A stretch of 64,000 nt of DNA from the human T2T-CHM13v2.0 reference genome, Homo sapiens. Under the pieces are notes generated by a model. The model saw only the letters and a list, made by a program, of their open reading frames with translations. It was not told the origin of the DNA and made no database searches. The position numbers were made by a program, and so were the translations under genes. Location: NCBI RefSeq assembly GCF_009914755.1, contig NC_060930.1, one strand, 5' to 3'. Every line of letters begins with the position of its first letter. The first letter of the stretch is position 1. Shown here piece after piece: positions 14,215 to 26,736 of the stretch.

Positions 14215-14773
14215 ATTTTTTTAATAAGAGAATATAGACAGTTGAATTGCAAAGGAAAGAAAATGACTAAAAATGGTCATTTCTATGAGTGACAGATCAT
14301 GGGCTATTTAAGAAGAAGATTTAGGATGAAAGTGAAAATAAAAAAGTTACTCCTTTTAGATTATAACTAATAAATTACAGAAAGTGGGGTCATTTCAAAT
14401 GCTGTGCTTCAAAGAATACTTTGAAGTATTTATTAAATAATAGTACCTCTGCAGATGAGTGAGTGTTTTAAACCTAGTAGTCTTAGATTAATATTACTGT
14501 GTTTGGTGGAGATAATTAGATAGATACTGGGAAAGACATAGACATAGACATGGACATGGACATGCATATCGATACAGGTGTAGGTATATCCTTAAAGTTT
14601 TCTCAAGCTGCAAATGGTGAAGTATTTGTATCATGGGAGAACACAGTCAGCAGTTGCCTCTAGGAAACAGGGACACTGGACACTGAATTTGTTAAGACAC
14701 TTCCTATGATGAGCAACAGAAAGCCAACTTAACCTCAGACAAAAAAGAAAATCCATTGACTATCATAACTGAC

Positions 14774-15143
14774 TGTCTTAGTCTGCTTGGGCTGTCATAA
14801 CAAAATACCACAGACTGAGTGTCTTAAACAACAGAGATTTATTTTCTCACAGTTCTGGAGAATGGAAGTCCAAGAATAAGATGGCAGCAGGGAGGTATCT
14901 GGTGAGGGCTCTTCTCCTGGTTTGCAGACAGCCACCTTCTGTCTGTGTCCTCACATGGTGGAAGGAGAGAGACCTCTTGTGTCTCTTCCTCCTCTTATGA
15001 GGGCATCAGCCCCATCAGATTAGGAACTCACCCTTTTGACCTCGTTTAAGTCAGTTGTCTCCTTATAAACCTATCTCCAAATACATTGGAGGTAAGGACT
15101 TCAACATATGACTTAGGGAGGAGGCATAATTTAATCCATAGCA
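14774..15143 (-). mobile_element. MaLR solo LTR (MLT1A/B-like)
   Basis: tgtcttagtctgcttgggctgtcataacaaaataccacagactg...ttaatccatagca. Confidence 0.85.
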
Positions 15144-15769
15144 CCAACTGTTTGAACTTGATTTCTGAGAGACCATTATCTTGGCTGTGCATCTGCCTTC
15201 AGGGCACTCCTTCTTGATCTTCTTTGCTGGATCCTTCTCAATTTCCCATTACCTAAACAGAGTTTAGCCTTGGGTCTATTCTCATTTCCTAAGTGATCTC
15301 ATGCCCTCCCACAGCTTTCAATACTATTTCATCGTCCTTGGTGCTCCAGAATGCTATATAAGCTGCCTACATAAGATTCATATTTGGATGTATCATAAAT
15401 ATTGCAAAGGTAACATGCTATCTAGCATCACGTTAGTTAATGACAACCAAACTCAAATAGGCCCTAGTACTCTTGGCCATCATATTATATTTCTCTGGTA
15501 ATTTAGGCTCTTTACTCTGGTGGATGACATTTTATACCTCCTTTCCTCAAACCTCCATCACCTCCCCGTCCCCTCTCTTAGACAATTGTCATTTCACTGA
15601 GAAATTAGAAGTCACAGAGAATGTTCACATACAGTGACGGTTGCACTGCCATTGCAACCTGCCTACCAACACCTGTACCATTTACTCTGTTTTGCCTTCT
15701 ATGTCTATGGATGAAACATCCACACTCTTTTCCAAAGCCAATAACTCTGCTAGTTATATATCACTGCTG

Positions 15770-16330
15770 AAACAAACTAACACAAAATATATTAGTCCCT
15801 GTTTCTCTAGGTGGGTTTGGCTAGGTACTTTGCTTAAAATCTCACAAGGCAAGAAAACAAGGTGTCAGCAGGGCTGTATTATTTTCTGGAGGTTCCAGGG
15901 AAGACTCTGTTTCCAAGTTCATTCAAGTTGTTGGCAAATCCAGTTCCTTGCAGTTGTAGGACTTAGGTGGCTATTTTCTTGCTAGCTGTTAGTTGGGGGT
16001 TCACTCTTTGCTAGTAGAGATCTCTTTTGCATCCTTGCACACGGGCTCACAACTCAGAGACAGCAGCATCGTGTGAATTCTTCTCAAACTTGGAACTTCT
16101 ATGATGTCTGCTGCATCTCTCTTCTGCTTCCAGCCAGAAAAATCTCTCTGCTTTTAAGGGTTCATGTGATTAGATTGGGCACACTCAGAAAACCCAGGAT
16201 AAAATCTCCCTACTTTAAGATTCATAACCTCAATTAAATCTGCAAAGTCCCTTTTGCCATGCAATTAACATGTCCCCACGTTCCAGGAATTAGAGTGTGG
16301 ACTTACCTGGAGGGCATGTAGCCTACCACA
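15770..16330 (-). mobile_element. MaLR LTR (MLT1D/E-like)
   Basis: aaggtgtcagcagggctg...gttggcaaatccagttccttgcagttgtaggact...aaatctgcaaagtcccttttgccat...gcctaccaca. Confidence 0.75.
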
Positions 16331-16399
16331 AATTTGATTTGTGCCCCAGAAATTTGCTCCCTCTCTTCCGCATCACCAATTATTCCCCTTAACTGCATT

Positions 16400-18760
16400 T
16401 TTTCCATCAGTGTACAACATGCTGATATTCCTTTTCAATGACTGCTCCATTTCTCTGCTCTCTTTGGGGCAAAACACCTTGAAATAATTGCCTATACTCT
16501 TTGTTCCCAATTCTTCTTTCGTTTTTCTTAACCTTTCAACTTTCTACTACACTCAACCTTCTTTTGTTAAAGACACAAATGATTACACATTCTAAGTTTA
16601 AGGGTCAATTTTCAATCTTCATTTAAGTGTCATTTTACACAGCTGATCATTGAAATAGTTAATTTACCTTCTAAGGCACCATTCTCTCTTGGTTTTTCTT
16701 ATACTTTCTGGAGGCTCCTTGTCAGCCTTCCTTGCTAGTCCTTCTTTATATTCTTGACAGCATAATCGTGGACTGCCTGCAGCTCTTCCATCTGCATTCA
16801 TTCCCTTGGTAATTGTATCTAGTTTCATGGCTTTAAGTTCTACAGGTATACAATGACTTCCAAATTTATATCTACAGCCCAGAACTGTACCCTAAACTGC
16901 ATGCTTATATATTCCACTGCCTAGTCAACATCTCCATGTAGATATCTTACAGGCAAGGTTAACAAATTCAATATCAAACTTCATCTTCCCCACAAAACCT
17001 GCTTCTCCCGCCATCCCTTGGTCAGTGCTAGCTCTGTTCTTCTACTTGATGGAACCCCAAATTTTGGAGATGTCATTGGCTCCTCTCACTAATCTCCCTC
17101 CTTTGTACTTAGCACCCAATCCATTTAACAAGTCTTATTGTCCTTAACACCAACATATAATTGGAAGTAAACCACTTCTAGCCACCTCCACCAAAGCATC
17201 GTGGTAGACACCACTAGGATGTCTGGCTTGTTTATTGCAATATATCGTTTATTAGACTCTCTTCTACCTTGACCTCCACATGGTAGCCAGAGCGATCCTG
17301 TCAAAAAGTAAGTCAGATTGCCTCATTCCTCTCCTTAAAGCCCTGTTTCATGCAGACAGGAAGCCAAAGTCCTTACAATGACCTAGAAAACTCTCCTTGA
17401 TCTGTCACCTCTGCACCCATTGCCATATCCTACTACTTACCAGCCAAATACTCCAGTCCCCAGAGCCTTGCACTTAATGTCCTCTTGTTTAAAATGCTCT
17501 CCCTATGCCTCCCTCATCAACTTCCCCTTTGTGTCCAACATCATCTTTGCAGTGGCACCTTCTCTGCATACTCACTTTAAAATTGCAAGCCTCTATCTGA
17601 CTAGTGACCCTTCCCTCTCCTGTTTCTTCTTCACAACAGTATTACCACCCGATATCCTATATAAATTTTTTATTTGTTGTTATGGCCATTCTCCTTTCAG
17701 AAGAATCTAAGTTTCGTGGGGTCAAAGAATTACGTGTTGGAGGGTGTGTATGTGTGTTATATGTTTTCACTGCATTCTCCCCAGCACCTAGAACAGTGCC
17801 TGGTACAGAGTACACAATCAAATATCTGTTGCTGTTCAGTGAAGGTCCAGAACTGTTATTTATTTCACCTCAAAACCAGGCTCTTCTCCCAGTCTTCCCC
17901 ATGTCAGTAAATGGCAACTCTAGTCCAGTTTGCCCAAGCCAGGAACCTGGAAATTACTCTTGATTCCTCTCTTTTTCTCACACCTCTCATCTTCAAATAC
18001 TGCCAACGCTCTCTGCAAATACACAGGCCCCCTTCCAAAATCTGGCCCTCCCACCTTCTCCACTGCTCTCACCCAAGTCCGAGCCATGATGTGCTCTCAC
18101 TTAGGTTAGCACAGTGGCCTCATTTATTGGTCTCTCTGCTTCTACTCTTGCTCCCTAGGAGTCTATCTTCCACAGAGAAAAGAGAGAAATCTCTTCAGAA
18201 TTCGTGTCGAATCATAGACATTCCTCAGTTCAAAACACTCTGATAGGTAGGTTTTCACCTTGGAATAAAATCTAAGTCGTGTGCATGGCCTGTAAGACAT
18301 GTCCTGATCTTGTCCCAGACATACCTTCTGAAACTTATTTCTTCCCTTTGCTCATTCTCTTCCAGCCACTCTATTTCCCTTCCTGTTCCTTGGCTCTGCC
18401 AAGCACTCATGTGTTGTGGGACCTTTCCATGGCTTCATCTGCATGGAAGGTAGAGGCACACAGTACCTGCTATGTCCCATCATTCGGGCCTCCGCTCCAA
18501 GTTGCTTTATCAGAGGGCTGCCCTGATCATCTTTCCTAAAATAGCACACACACCACACACACACACATGCACGTGTACACACACACCTCATTCTCCTTAC
18601 CTTATTTTGAAGCCCTCATTGCCAACTGACATTATACGTTTACTTATTTTTCTTTGACAATTTCCCTGCTTCTCCAAAATGTAGACTCCATGGGGGCAAA
18701 GAACCATCTGTTTTGTTCACTATTGTAGCTTCAACACCAAAGATAAACCCCAACAACTAC
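16400..18760 (+). mobile_element. L2 LINE fragments (at least two 3' ends)
   Basis: tgacttccaaatttatatctacagccc and ccccagcacctagaacagtgcctggtaca (L2 3' end at ~17780-17830); a second L2 segment runs 17850-18760. Confidence 0.7.
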
Positions 18761-19810
18761 AGGGATGCTTAATCCTAGCGCCTAGGCTCTTAGGGATACA
18801 TAAATACTTTCTTTCTCAAAGAAACAATATTAGTATTTGAAAAAGGAATGTGGACATTCTTTAGTGTTGCGCCCACCCCTAAAACATAGTCTGCCTCGGA
18901 GCAATGGAGAAATCTGATTGGCCCCTGTGGGTCCCATGCCCCCTTGTGGCTCTGTCGTGGGAATGGGGCTGGGGGCAAAGTCCATGCAATCCATAGAAGA
19001 TAGAGGAAGGAAAGTTCCGCCCACCGCCCACCCAAAAAAGGTCTGTTAGCAGAATTTAGGATGGGGATGGGGAAAAGGAGGAGGATGTGGGGGAGGCAGA
19101 AACAACAGATGGCAACTATGGGGATTTTTCCAGAGTGGGAAGTGTAACCCAGGGATAAGCTGGGGTCCCTGGTAAAGGAAGTATCCCTAAATAACTGGAC
19201 CTTCATACTCTTTGGGAAAGAACAAGCTGAGGCCCCAGGCACACCTGCATGGCATCACCATAGCCTTGCTTCTTGAATGACTCCTGCTGGCATCAGGAGG
19301 CATCTCCCTGGCAGGAACAAGCCTGAGGCTTCACCACGGAAGCTGGAGGAAACGCAGGGACCCATGGCACAAACTGACACAGGAGTTCTATGTTTCATTG
19401 CACATCATTTTGTTCACCAGTGCATTTGTACGATTCTGCCTCTATGGCTATCAAGTTTAATTAACAACTCATTTTTAGGTAAGAGTAAAAATGAATTAGG
19501 TAAAAAAAAATAAGCAACAGCTGCCAAGTGAGCATGGAGCACATACACTCACAGATGGAAAAAATCTACATCTTGCTGCTATGATTTAGCTCAGGGTTTT
19601 ATATTTAATTTTTGTTTTGTTTTGCTTTTGTTTTTATACACCTCACCACAAGGTATTTTAAATTCTTTAAATGTATTCCCGAATATAGAAAATGTTTCTT
19701 GGGCTCTCCTGAGAGTGGGGTGCCCAGGCTGACCACAGGCACACACACATTCTTCCCATAGTACAGTACTTTAAAATTAATAGCACATGCAGAGGAAAAA
19801 CTAAACCCTT

Positions 19811-19818
19811 TGACGTCA
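19811..19818. promoter_or_regulatory. Full palindromic cAMP response element TGACGTCA
   Basis: Exact consensus, roughly 150 bp upstream of the inferred TSS. PDE7B is known to be cAMP/CREB-inducible. Confidence 0.85.
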
Positions 19819-19880
19819 CTCTTGAAATGAGGAAACATAAACAGAAAAGGCTCCACTCCAGTAAGCTGCCAGAGTTGAAG

Positions 19881-19890
19881 CCGATTGGTC
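19881..19890 (-). promoter_or_regulatory. Inverted CCAAT box (NF-Y), reverse strand GACCAATCGG
   Basis: ccgATTGGtc with good flanks, at a typical distance upstream of the inferred TSS. Confidence 0.65.
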
Positions 19891-19900
19891 TCTGCTTTTC

Positions 19901-19915
19901 CTTGCCTGTGGCAAC
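19901..19915. promoter_or_regulatory. RFX X-box-like imperfect palindrome cTTGCCtgtGGCAAC
   Basis: Resembles GTTGCC-N(0-3)-GGCAAC and lies about 12 bp from the CCAAT core. Motif match only. Confidence 0.45.
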
Positions 19916-20163
19916 TGACAGCACCTCCCAGCCTAGCAGGCCGGCGGCTGCTCACCCAGCCAGTCAGTTGGTCTGGGCACTGCAGCAGGCTCGGCTCTGT
20001 CCCAGCACTTGTCTGGGAGAAAAGTGGTGTTACTCACCCAGGGAGAGTCTCTCTTTCTACCTTCCTTCTTTCTCGATCTCCTTGTGTGCTTTTGTGTTTC
20101 TTTATTTCTTTTCCTTTTTTTTCTTTTTTTTTTTTTGTTACTTAATTATATTCCTAATCCTGG

Positions 20164-20283
20164 ATGAAGTTGCTGGATTCTGCAGCACAAGTCTTCATGA
20201 ACAAGCAGCACCGCTCAGAGATTTCACGGCATTCAAAGGTCACAGAACTGCCACTATGGTTAAATGTCTTGTTTAATGGTTGA
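20164..20283 (+). other. Overlapping upstream ORF, 39 aa (MKLLDSAAQVFMNKQHRSEISRHSKVTELPLWLNVLFNG)
   Basis: ATG 20164, in-frame ATG 20197, stop TGA 20281-20283; out of frame with the PDE7B CDS. Translation not shown. Confidence 0.6.
20256..20276 (+). other. Overlapping upstream ORF, 6 aa (MVKCLV), strong Kozak context
   Basis: gccactATGG at 20250-20259; stop TAA 20274-20276 shares its last A with ATG of Met5. Confidence 0.65.
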
Positions 20284-20284
20284 G
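20264..20284 (+). CDS. PDE7B: PDE7B coding part of exon 1 (MSCLMVE); phase-0 intron follows, remaining exons lie beyond the window
   Basis: ATG TCT TGT TTA ATG GTT GAG at 20264-20284 translates to MSCLMVE, which I recognise as the PDE7B N-terminus (MSCLMVERCGE...). It is followed directly by donor GAG|gtatgt and lies downstream of a CRE/CCAAT promoter. Confidence 0.95.
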
Positions 20285-23200
20285 GTATGTACAACAAATT
20301 TAAGCGGCAAGCTCAGTTTTCTTGAGAGAATAGAGTCACAGAGAGATGGCAGGATTTTTATTTAAAATGAACCTGTACATATATATGTTTTTTGTCTGTG
20401 ATTGTTACTACAGCAACCAGCTTTTGAATTTCCTTCCTTTTTCTAGGCGAACTGACTAAACATTATCACTTACCCTGAATTAACCGTTTAAGGGCAGCAG
20501 GGTTTCATTCCAACCAGTGTAATGAGACTCCGGCATTTTCACTGCACTTTGAGCCCACACTGAGGTGGTCTTTAAAAAAAAAAATAAAGAATGCAATATT
20601 TTTTTTCTCCAACATAAATCTTGGAGTTGGGTAATTTTCATTTTTGGTGGGACAGGATAGGAAAATGCTGGTAAAGGGATTGGTAAGGTTTGTGGAACAG
20701 GGAAGAAGGAAATTAGTTTTTTTCTTGAGTTTTTCATGTTGGTTGATAGCAGACTTCAAGATGAAGAAATTAGTGGCAAGAAGGGAAGAAGCTGATAGTG
20801 AGACTGAAGGTAGAAAAAAATCAATAGAAGATGTCCAAAAAATGAGCTCTGAAGAAAAATCCTTCATCACCTTGTTGCATTTTTCAAAAAATGTTTTGGA
20901 TTCAGAAGTCCAGGAGAGATGCAAGTACTAAGTTACATGACCAGAAATTTAGATATTATTATTTATAAAGGAAAGTAAAACTTCTTTATTACCACTGCAA
21001 ATTTGCTAATTATCTTTTCCTACAATAGTTGAAAATGGAGTCAGATATTCAATTAGGGGCTTAAGTGATTGAGCCTGGGGACTAATTAATCATTTAAAAA
21101 TTCTGTTCTTCATGTGCTCTAGCCAGAGTGACTATTGCAATAAGAGTAAACCTCTTTGCACCAGAGACAGGCATAGGCATTCATATACAGTAAACACACT
21201 AAATGCTGCAGGAAGATTGGCAATTCAATACAGGGCTAATGTTGTTTTCAGTGGCACATTATTATGTCTTAAGGAGGATCCCTGCTAAAAATCATTCCTA
21301 TCCAAAGAGTCGGTTTTTGTAACAGCAATTTAAGTAATATATGGTTACCATGGATTTCCCTATTACCCTTCTCAAAGTTATGCAATAGCAAATAAGACAG
21401 GATTATTTGAAATCCTTACCCTGTTCCAAAATTTCTAACCGATTTTCTTAAAGTTTCTATTCTCAACATTGAGAACCTGAAAGCTTTAAAACTGGGTCAT
21501 GTTAGCAGTAATATTAAGCACGATTTCAAACATGAGGTGTATTTCAAAGGGTTAAAAAAATTAACTGCATAAGACTGGAATGTACTAAGTTAAGAACTGC
21601 AAAAATATTAGCTCTGAAATGCAGAGGATGTGCCGTGAATGGACAATTGCTTTTCTGCAGCGCCTAGTGGGAAAACAAGGACTTTGTGTGTTGCAAACGC
21701 ATAACTGCAGCTCCTCCATTTCCTCTGCTTTATCTTTTATTACTGGCTGGTGAAACAAAGACAGGTGTCAGTAGTTACGTCTTGATTGACATTTTCTCCA
21801 ATAAAATGAAGTCACTTTTGTCTCAAGTAGAAGCCCACAGTTAACTAGTTGCAACTCCAAAAACTGTCTCTGCCTTGTAAGAATTTTTACCTGACACTGT
21901 AAGCTGTCTAATTTCAGAATGTACTCACTCTCTTGAACAACATGTGACAAAATCAGTGGTGACTATATGTCAGCAAATTAGCTGGGAGAATTTTTTTTTT
22001 TAATTAAGTTATTTAGGGCAAGGGTGGAAAAGTCTAAGATGTGTCAGGGACAGGCATTAATTTAGGGAAAATAATTACACGAGTGCATCATTTAATGCCT
22101 TACACAGGGTTCAGCACAAAGCTACTCACTGTCAGTTCTCCATAAAAACCTAGTTAAAATGTTTGCCTAGAATTTACTACCTTTCATATATTGTAAATTA
22201 TTTAAATAATTTTGGTCTTTTCATGTGTTTTTGAAAAGCACTTTTGGTGTCAGTCCAGCCTGAAATATTATCTAAAAATCAAGTCAATGATACAGAGAAG
22301 GACATTTCAAACACTGACACTTTATTTTCAGCCTAAGGACATCTTAAATGCAAAAGTAAAATGACCAAGTTTCCTCAAAGTGGGAATGTACCACCTGGAA
22401 AATGCCTCAGCCTAGTAATTATTCGTCTGAAGTCTAACTTGTTGTTAGCCAGGCCCAAATCACAGGAGGAAGCTGTTTGTTGACTCACAGAAGATAGTGT
22501 TGGAAGGAATTTATTAAGTGGTAAGCTAATCCCAAAGAATACTAAAAGGGCTTTGTTTATATTAAAGAGAAGTGTCAAATTTAAGGATCAGAACAGACTT
22601 TGAAACATCTAAATGTAGAAGCTAAGAGGTAGTCTAAGTAGTTGACCTCACATTGTTGGGGTACATAATTGATTGGAAACTCTCTATCTACAGAAATTCT
22701 TATCTGAATAATCCACTATCTTATGGATTCAGCTCTGTATCCCCTCAAAAATCTACAGCTTAGTAGGTATCTATGTTCTAGGGGGTACATTTGACTGAGG
22801 AAGAAAGGACTTGGCATTTGGAAATGTGAGGTCTCTCTCACAGCACAAAGACCATCTCTAATCTCTATTGACACCTCCTCATGGCGGCAGCCCCATTTCC
22901 CCTAAGAATGTACTTTGGGGAGCACTTCCACTGTCCACAGGAGAGTAGCTGTGGGATCAGCACCACTGGCTTCTAAAGACATCCTCAGTGGCTCTAGGAA
23001 TCCCCTCTTTGATTCATGAGATGGTGCCTACTTTATATATTAGCAGTCTTTAATGTGGTTTACATGCAAACTTGAAGAAGAGAAGGAGAAAAGGGATGTA
23101 GAAACCCAAATCAACTGAATACCTATTATGTACCAGGCATTGTTAGAAATTTCAGTACAGAGAGTGAAATATGTCAAAGTTCTTATGTGTGGTCAAGGCA

Positions 23201-25203
23201 TTTATACTTTCTACTTTCTCAAGAATCATTTAAGTATCTAAATGAGTTGATGTGTACTTAGAGAGTGATTTCATGAAGTGCACTAGAAAGGGCGGTGAAC
23301 AGAGGTAGTGAACCAAGGTGGTTCATTCAGGCTCTAATGAGCTGGGTGACTCTGAGCCACTCACTCATTCTTGACCTCAGTTTCCTCAATTGTAAGAGCA
23401 ACTGGTTGCGCTGGGTTATCTCTAACATCCATTTTAGATCAAAATTTTTATAGTATTCTTATTCTCAACCTAGAATTTTTTAACTCCATTTACATGTAAA
23501 TGTAGAAGTGTCAAACCTTTATTCCAAAAATCATTACTACATGTTTTCAGGATGTCAAGGGCTGTGCCTGTGAATAAGCAATGATTCCCACATTAGGAAA
23601 CGTATTCTGGTTGAGTATGAATATTTAAACAAATGACTGGAGTCTGTACAAAGAAATGAAAAAACAAAAGGAGAAGTCTGAGAAGGAGGCAGTGATGGAA
23701 AACTGCAGAGGAGGCAGCTCTATGCAATTTGGAATTTAAGAAAAAAATAAATTGTATTTCTATTTAGGTATTTATTTTTATATGATGATCTATAATGTGA
23801 TTAATTAAGTGCATTGTTATTATTTTGGAAATCATGTATTTGCAATGGTGTTCTCAAAAATTAGAATGTTAAAGAGAGCCAAAATTTTCCCATAGGTTGA
23901 TTCAGCTGCTGTACAGGCCTGATTTGGTAAATCAAATCCGTACATTGGCGTCCTCTTCATCATTCCTTGAACTTAAAACTGTAGGAGTTATGGAAAGCTG
24001 GAGTCTTTAGAGAGCACTATGGGCAGCCAAGGTCCCAGCAGGCATCTGATACAAGCCAACAAGGTTCATAGCTGTGATGGTCTTGAACACTGGCGCAAGG
24101 TGGTGTCAACATGGTAGGAAATTACCTCAGTGTCAGGAAAACTCTCATGGTGGCTCGGAACTTCAAGATTACTTGTGGGAGTGAAGACACATTTCTTCAA
24201 CTCTGGAGCTTCCATTTCTTCATCTTTAAGGCTGTTGGATGCCCTTTTTCTTTCCAAATTCTGTGATTTAACCTGACAAAATTAACACTGAATCATTAGC
24301 ATGTGTTTACTTTTACTTTTCCACCTCTCCCATTCCTTATTTCCACTACTCTCTGTGTAGTTTGCCTTTACTCAGTTGTCCACATTTACACAATTTTACC
24401 TCCAAGATAATCTCATTGCCAAGGAAAAGCAAAACAAAACAAGGACTTGGGTTTGAGAATTCCTCCCCAGAAAGACTATCACTCCCCTGAGACAGTCACC
24501 TCTCCTCGCTCCATTTCTCTTGTATCAGGTTGATGTGCCCCTCTGTGGCTGTGACACTCCTAGAGAAAGCAAAGAGGCATGCTTTGTGAAAATTGTAGCT
24601 AGAAACTTTAATATTACAAGACAAACGTCTTTTTCCTAAATGCCAATCACTGTCCTGGATTTTCTATATTACTTCACTTAATATCTTCTCAATATTAATT
24701 CTGATTTCTTTAGAGAATAAATGAAAACCTGTTGATAACTAAGTTGAGGGAACCTTCAGAAGAAAGTTTTGGTGAATTGATTGTCCATTGAGTATCTGCT
24801 CTGAGACCTTGCCCTGCTGGTACAGGGTTGCTGCCCCTTACTAGTGATGGGATTTGATGCAGTTCAATCACCTTAATCGAGACATTTCTGGGATTCTGCG
24901 TGGCTCAGAGCATTCCAGCTGGTGTCTGCTCTGAGTGAGAGTTTACATTTAACACCTCAAGCATGGAAAATAGGGAGCTGGTTTTGTAGTTTTGGATAAA
25001 CCTAAAAACAACGTAACAGAAAACACACAGACATCTATTAAGCAATATATAATTCTTGATACTACTGTATAAATATCCCAACATTTTAAAAGCTTAAATC
25101 CTTTCATGAATGGTTTACATATTTATGTGTATACAGTATAGAAGTATGAAAATAATAGCCACAGTCAATATACCAGTAAAGAAACTTTGTCATGCATTTG
25201 AAG

Positions 25204-25376
25204 TTCCTTCCTTTCTGCCCTTCCTCCCTCCTCTCTTCCTTTCTTCCCTCCTTCCCTTCCTTCTTTCCTTCTGCCCTCTTACTCCTTTTCCTCCCTCCCT
25301 CCCTCCCTTCCTTCCTCCCTTCCTTCCTTCCTTTTCATTCTCCCTCCTTTCCTCTCTCTCTTTCTCTTTCTTTCTT
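25204..25376 (+). repeat. (TTCC/CCTC)n polypyrimidine tract
   Basis: About 170 bp, almost purely pyrimidine. Confidence 0.92.
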
Positions 25377-25899
25377 GAATCTGTTAAGGAAAGAAGGGAA
25401 AAATAGATTGGTAATGAGGTTTTGAGGAGTTTTCCTTGTGTAAAGTTTGGAGTAATACTTACTTTTTTTTCCTAGTGGTTGGTGAATTCATATAGTTTTT
25501 CATTAAATTTCCTGCTGATATTTTTTTCTTATTAATACCTTCTGTGTTCTACATAGTCATAATTCACATATAAATAGGAAGTATATAAAATATTCTTTCT
25601 ACAAGATGAAAATTATTCCCATTGCTTTAGAAGTGCTCAAAAAAGGATTCTGTTCAAAAATGAAGTTTATACATGACTTAAATATACTTAATCTCTAAGA
25701 ATCTTCTTTTGTTCTGGCGTGGGGGTGGGGTCCAGGACTAGTATGGTGTGAGGAGTATGTTTCCATAGGTCCAGGCATAGACATGGAGAGGCTACCATAT
25801 GCCTGGATTGGTCAAAATTTGATACCTGAAGGTACCAAACGGTCAGTGTTTTACATTCTCTTTGACTCTAGCAAATCTTTGTCTAAGAACATATAGAAT

Positions 25900-26280
25900 T
25901 GTTTATTTTTGCATTGTTTGTAACCTAAACAATATCAGAAACAACTTGAGCCCAATAATAGGTGAATTATTGAAAAATTATTGCAAAATCATACAATAGA
26001 ACACCATACAGTCATGTAAAAGAATGAAGTACCTCTACATGCAAAAATCTGGAATAATTTTTCAGATGTATTAAGTGGAGGGGGGAAGCTACATTAACAG
26101 TGGTATAAATACATAGACACATTCATATATACTTTTTAAAAATTTCTGGAAATTTGAATTAAAAACTTAACAAACAATGCCTTGGAGAACTTGGAGTATG
26201 GGATAGGAACAAGGCTTACTTTTCTTGTATATACTTTAGAATTGTTCAACTTTCCCCTCCATAAATGCATTATATTTATA
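25900..26280 (+). mobile_element. Old L1M 3' fragment
   Basis: catacaatagaacaccatacagtcatgtaaaagaatgaa resembles the L1 ORF2 3' end. Confidence 0.5.
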
Positions 26281-26371
26281 AAGGGAAAAAGTTACTGACA
26301 TTTATTTATTGTGTGATATTTTAAAGTGACCAGAAAAATTTGAAGGTAAAAGAAGAAAGAGTTCTATTTTA

Positions 26372-26736
<365 letters not shown>

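Larger units (their letters stand above)
19960..20284 (+). other. PDE7B: PDE7B exon 1 (5'UTR plus first 7 codons); 5' boundary approximate
   Basis: 3' end fixed by the GT donor at 20285. TSS inferred only from the positions of the CRE (19811) and CCAAT (19884) elements and the locally GC-rich segment 19920-20040. Confidence 0.8.

Noticed and set aside
19827-20276. 149-aa ORF spanning promoter and exon 1
   Set aside because: It starts upstream of the inferred TSS and crosses a poly-T tract (poly-Phe). Only its last 6 codons matter, as the uORF.
20505-20931. Overlapping 85-139 aa ORFs just inside intron 1
   Set aside because: No recognisable domain; explained by purine/pyrimidine strand skew.
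21655-21672. CTCF-like motif (also near 35210 and 48050)
   Set aside because: Core spacing is one base off the consensus; unsupported without ChIP data.
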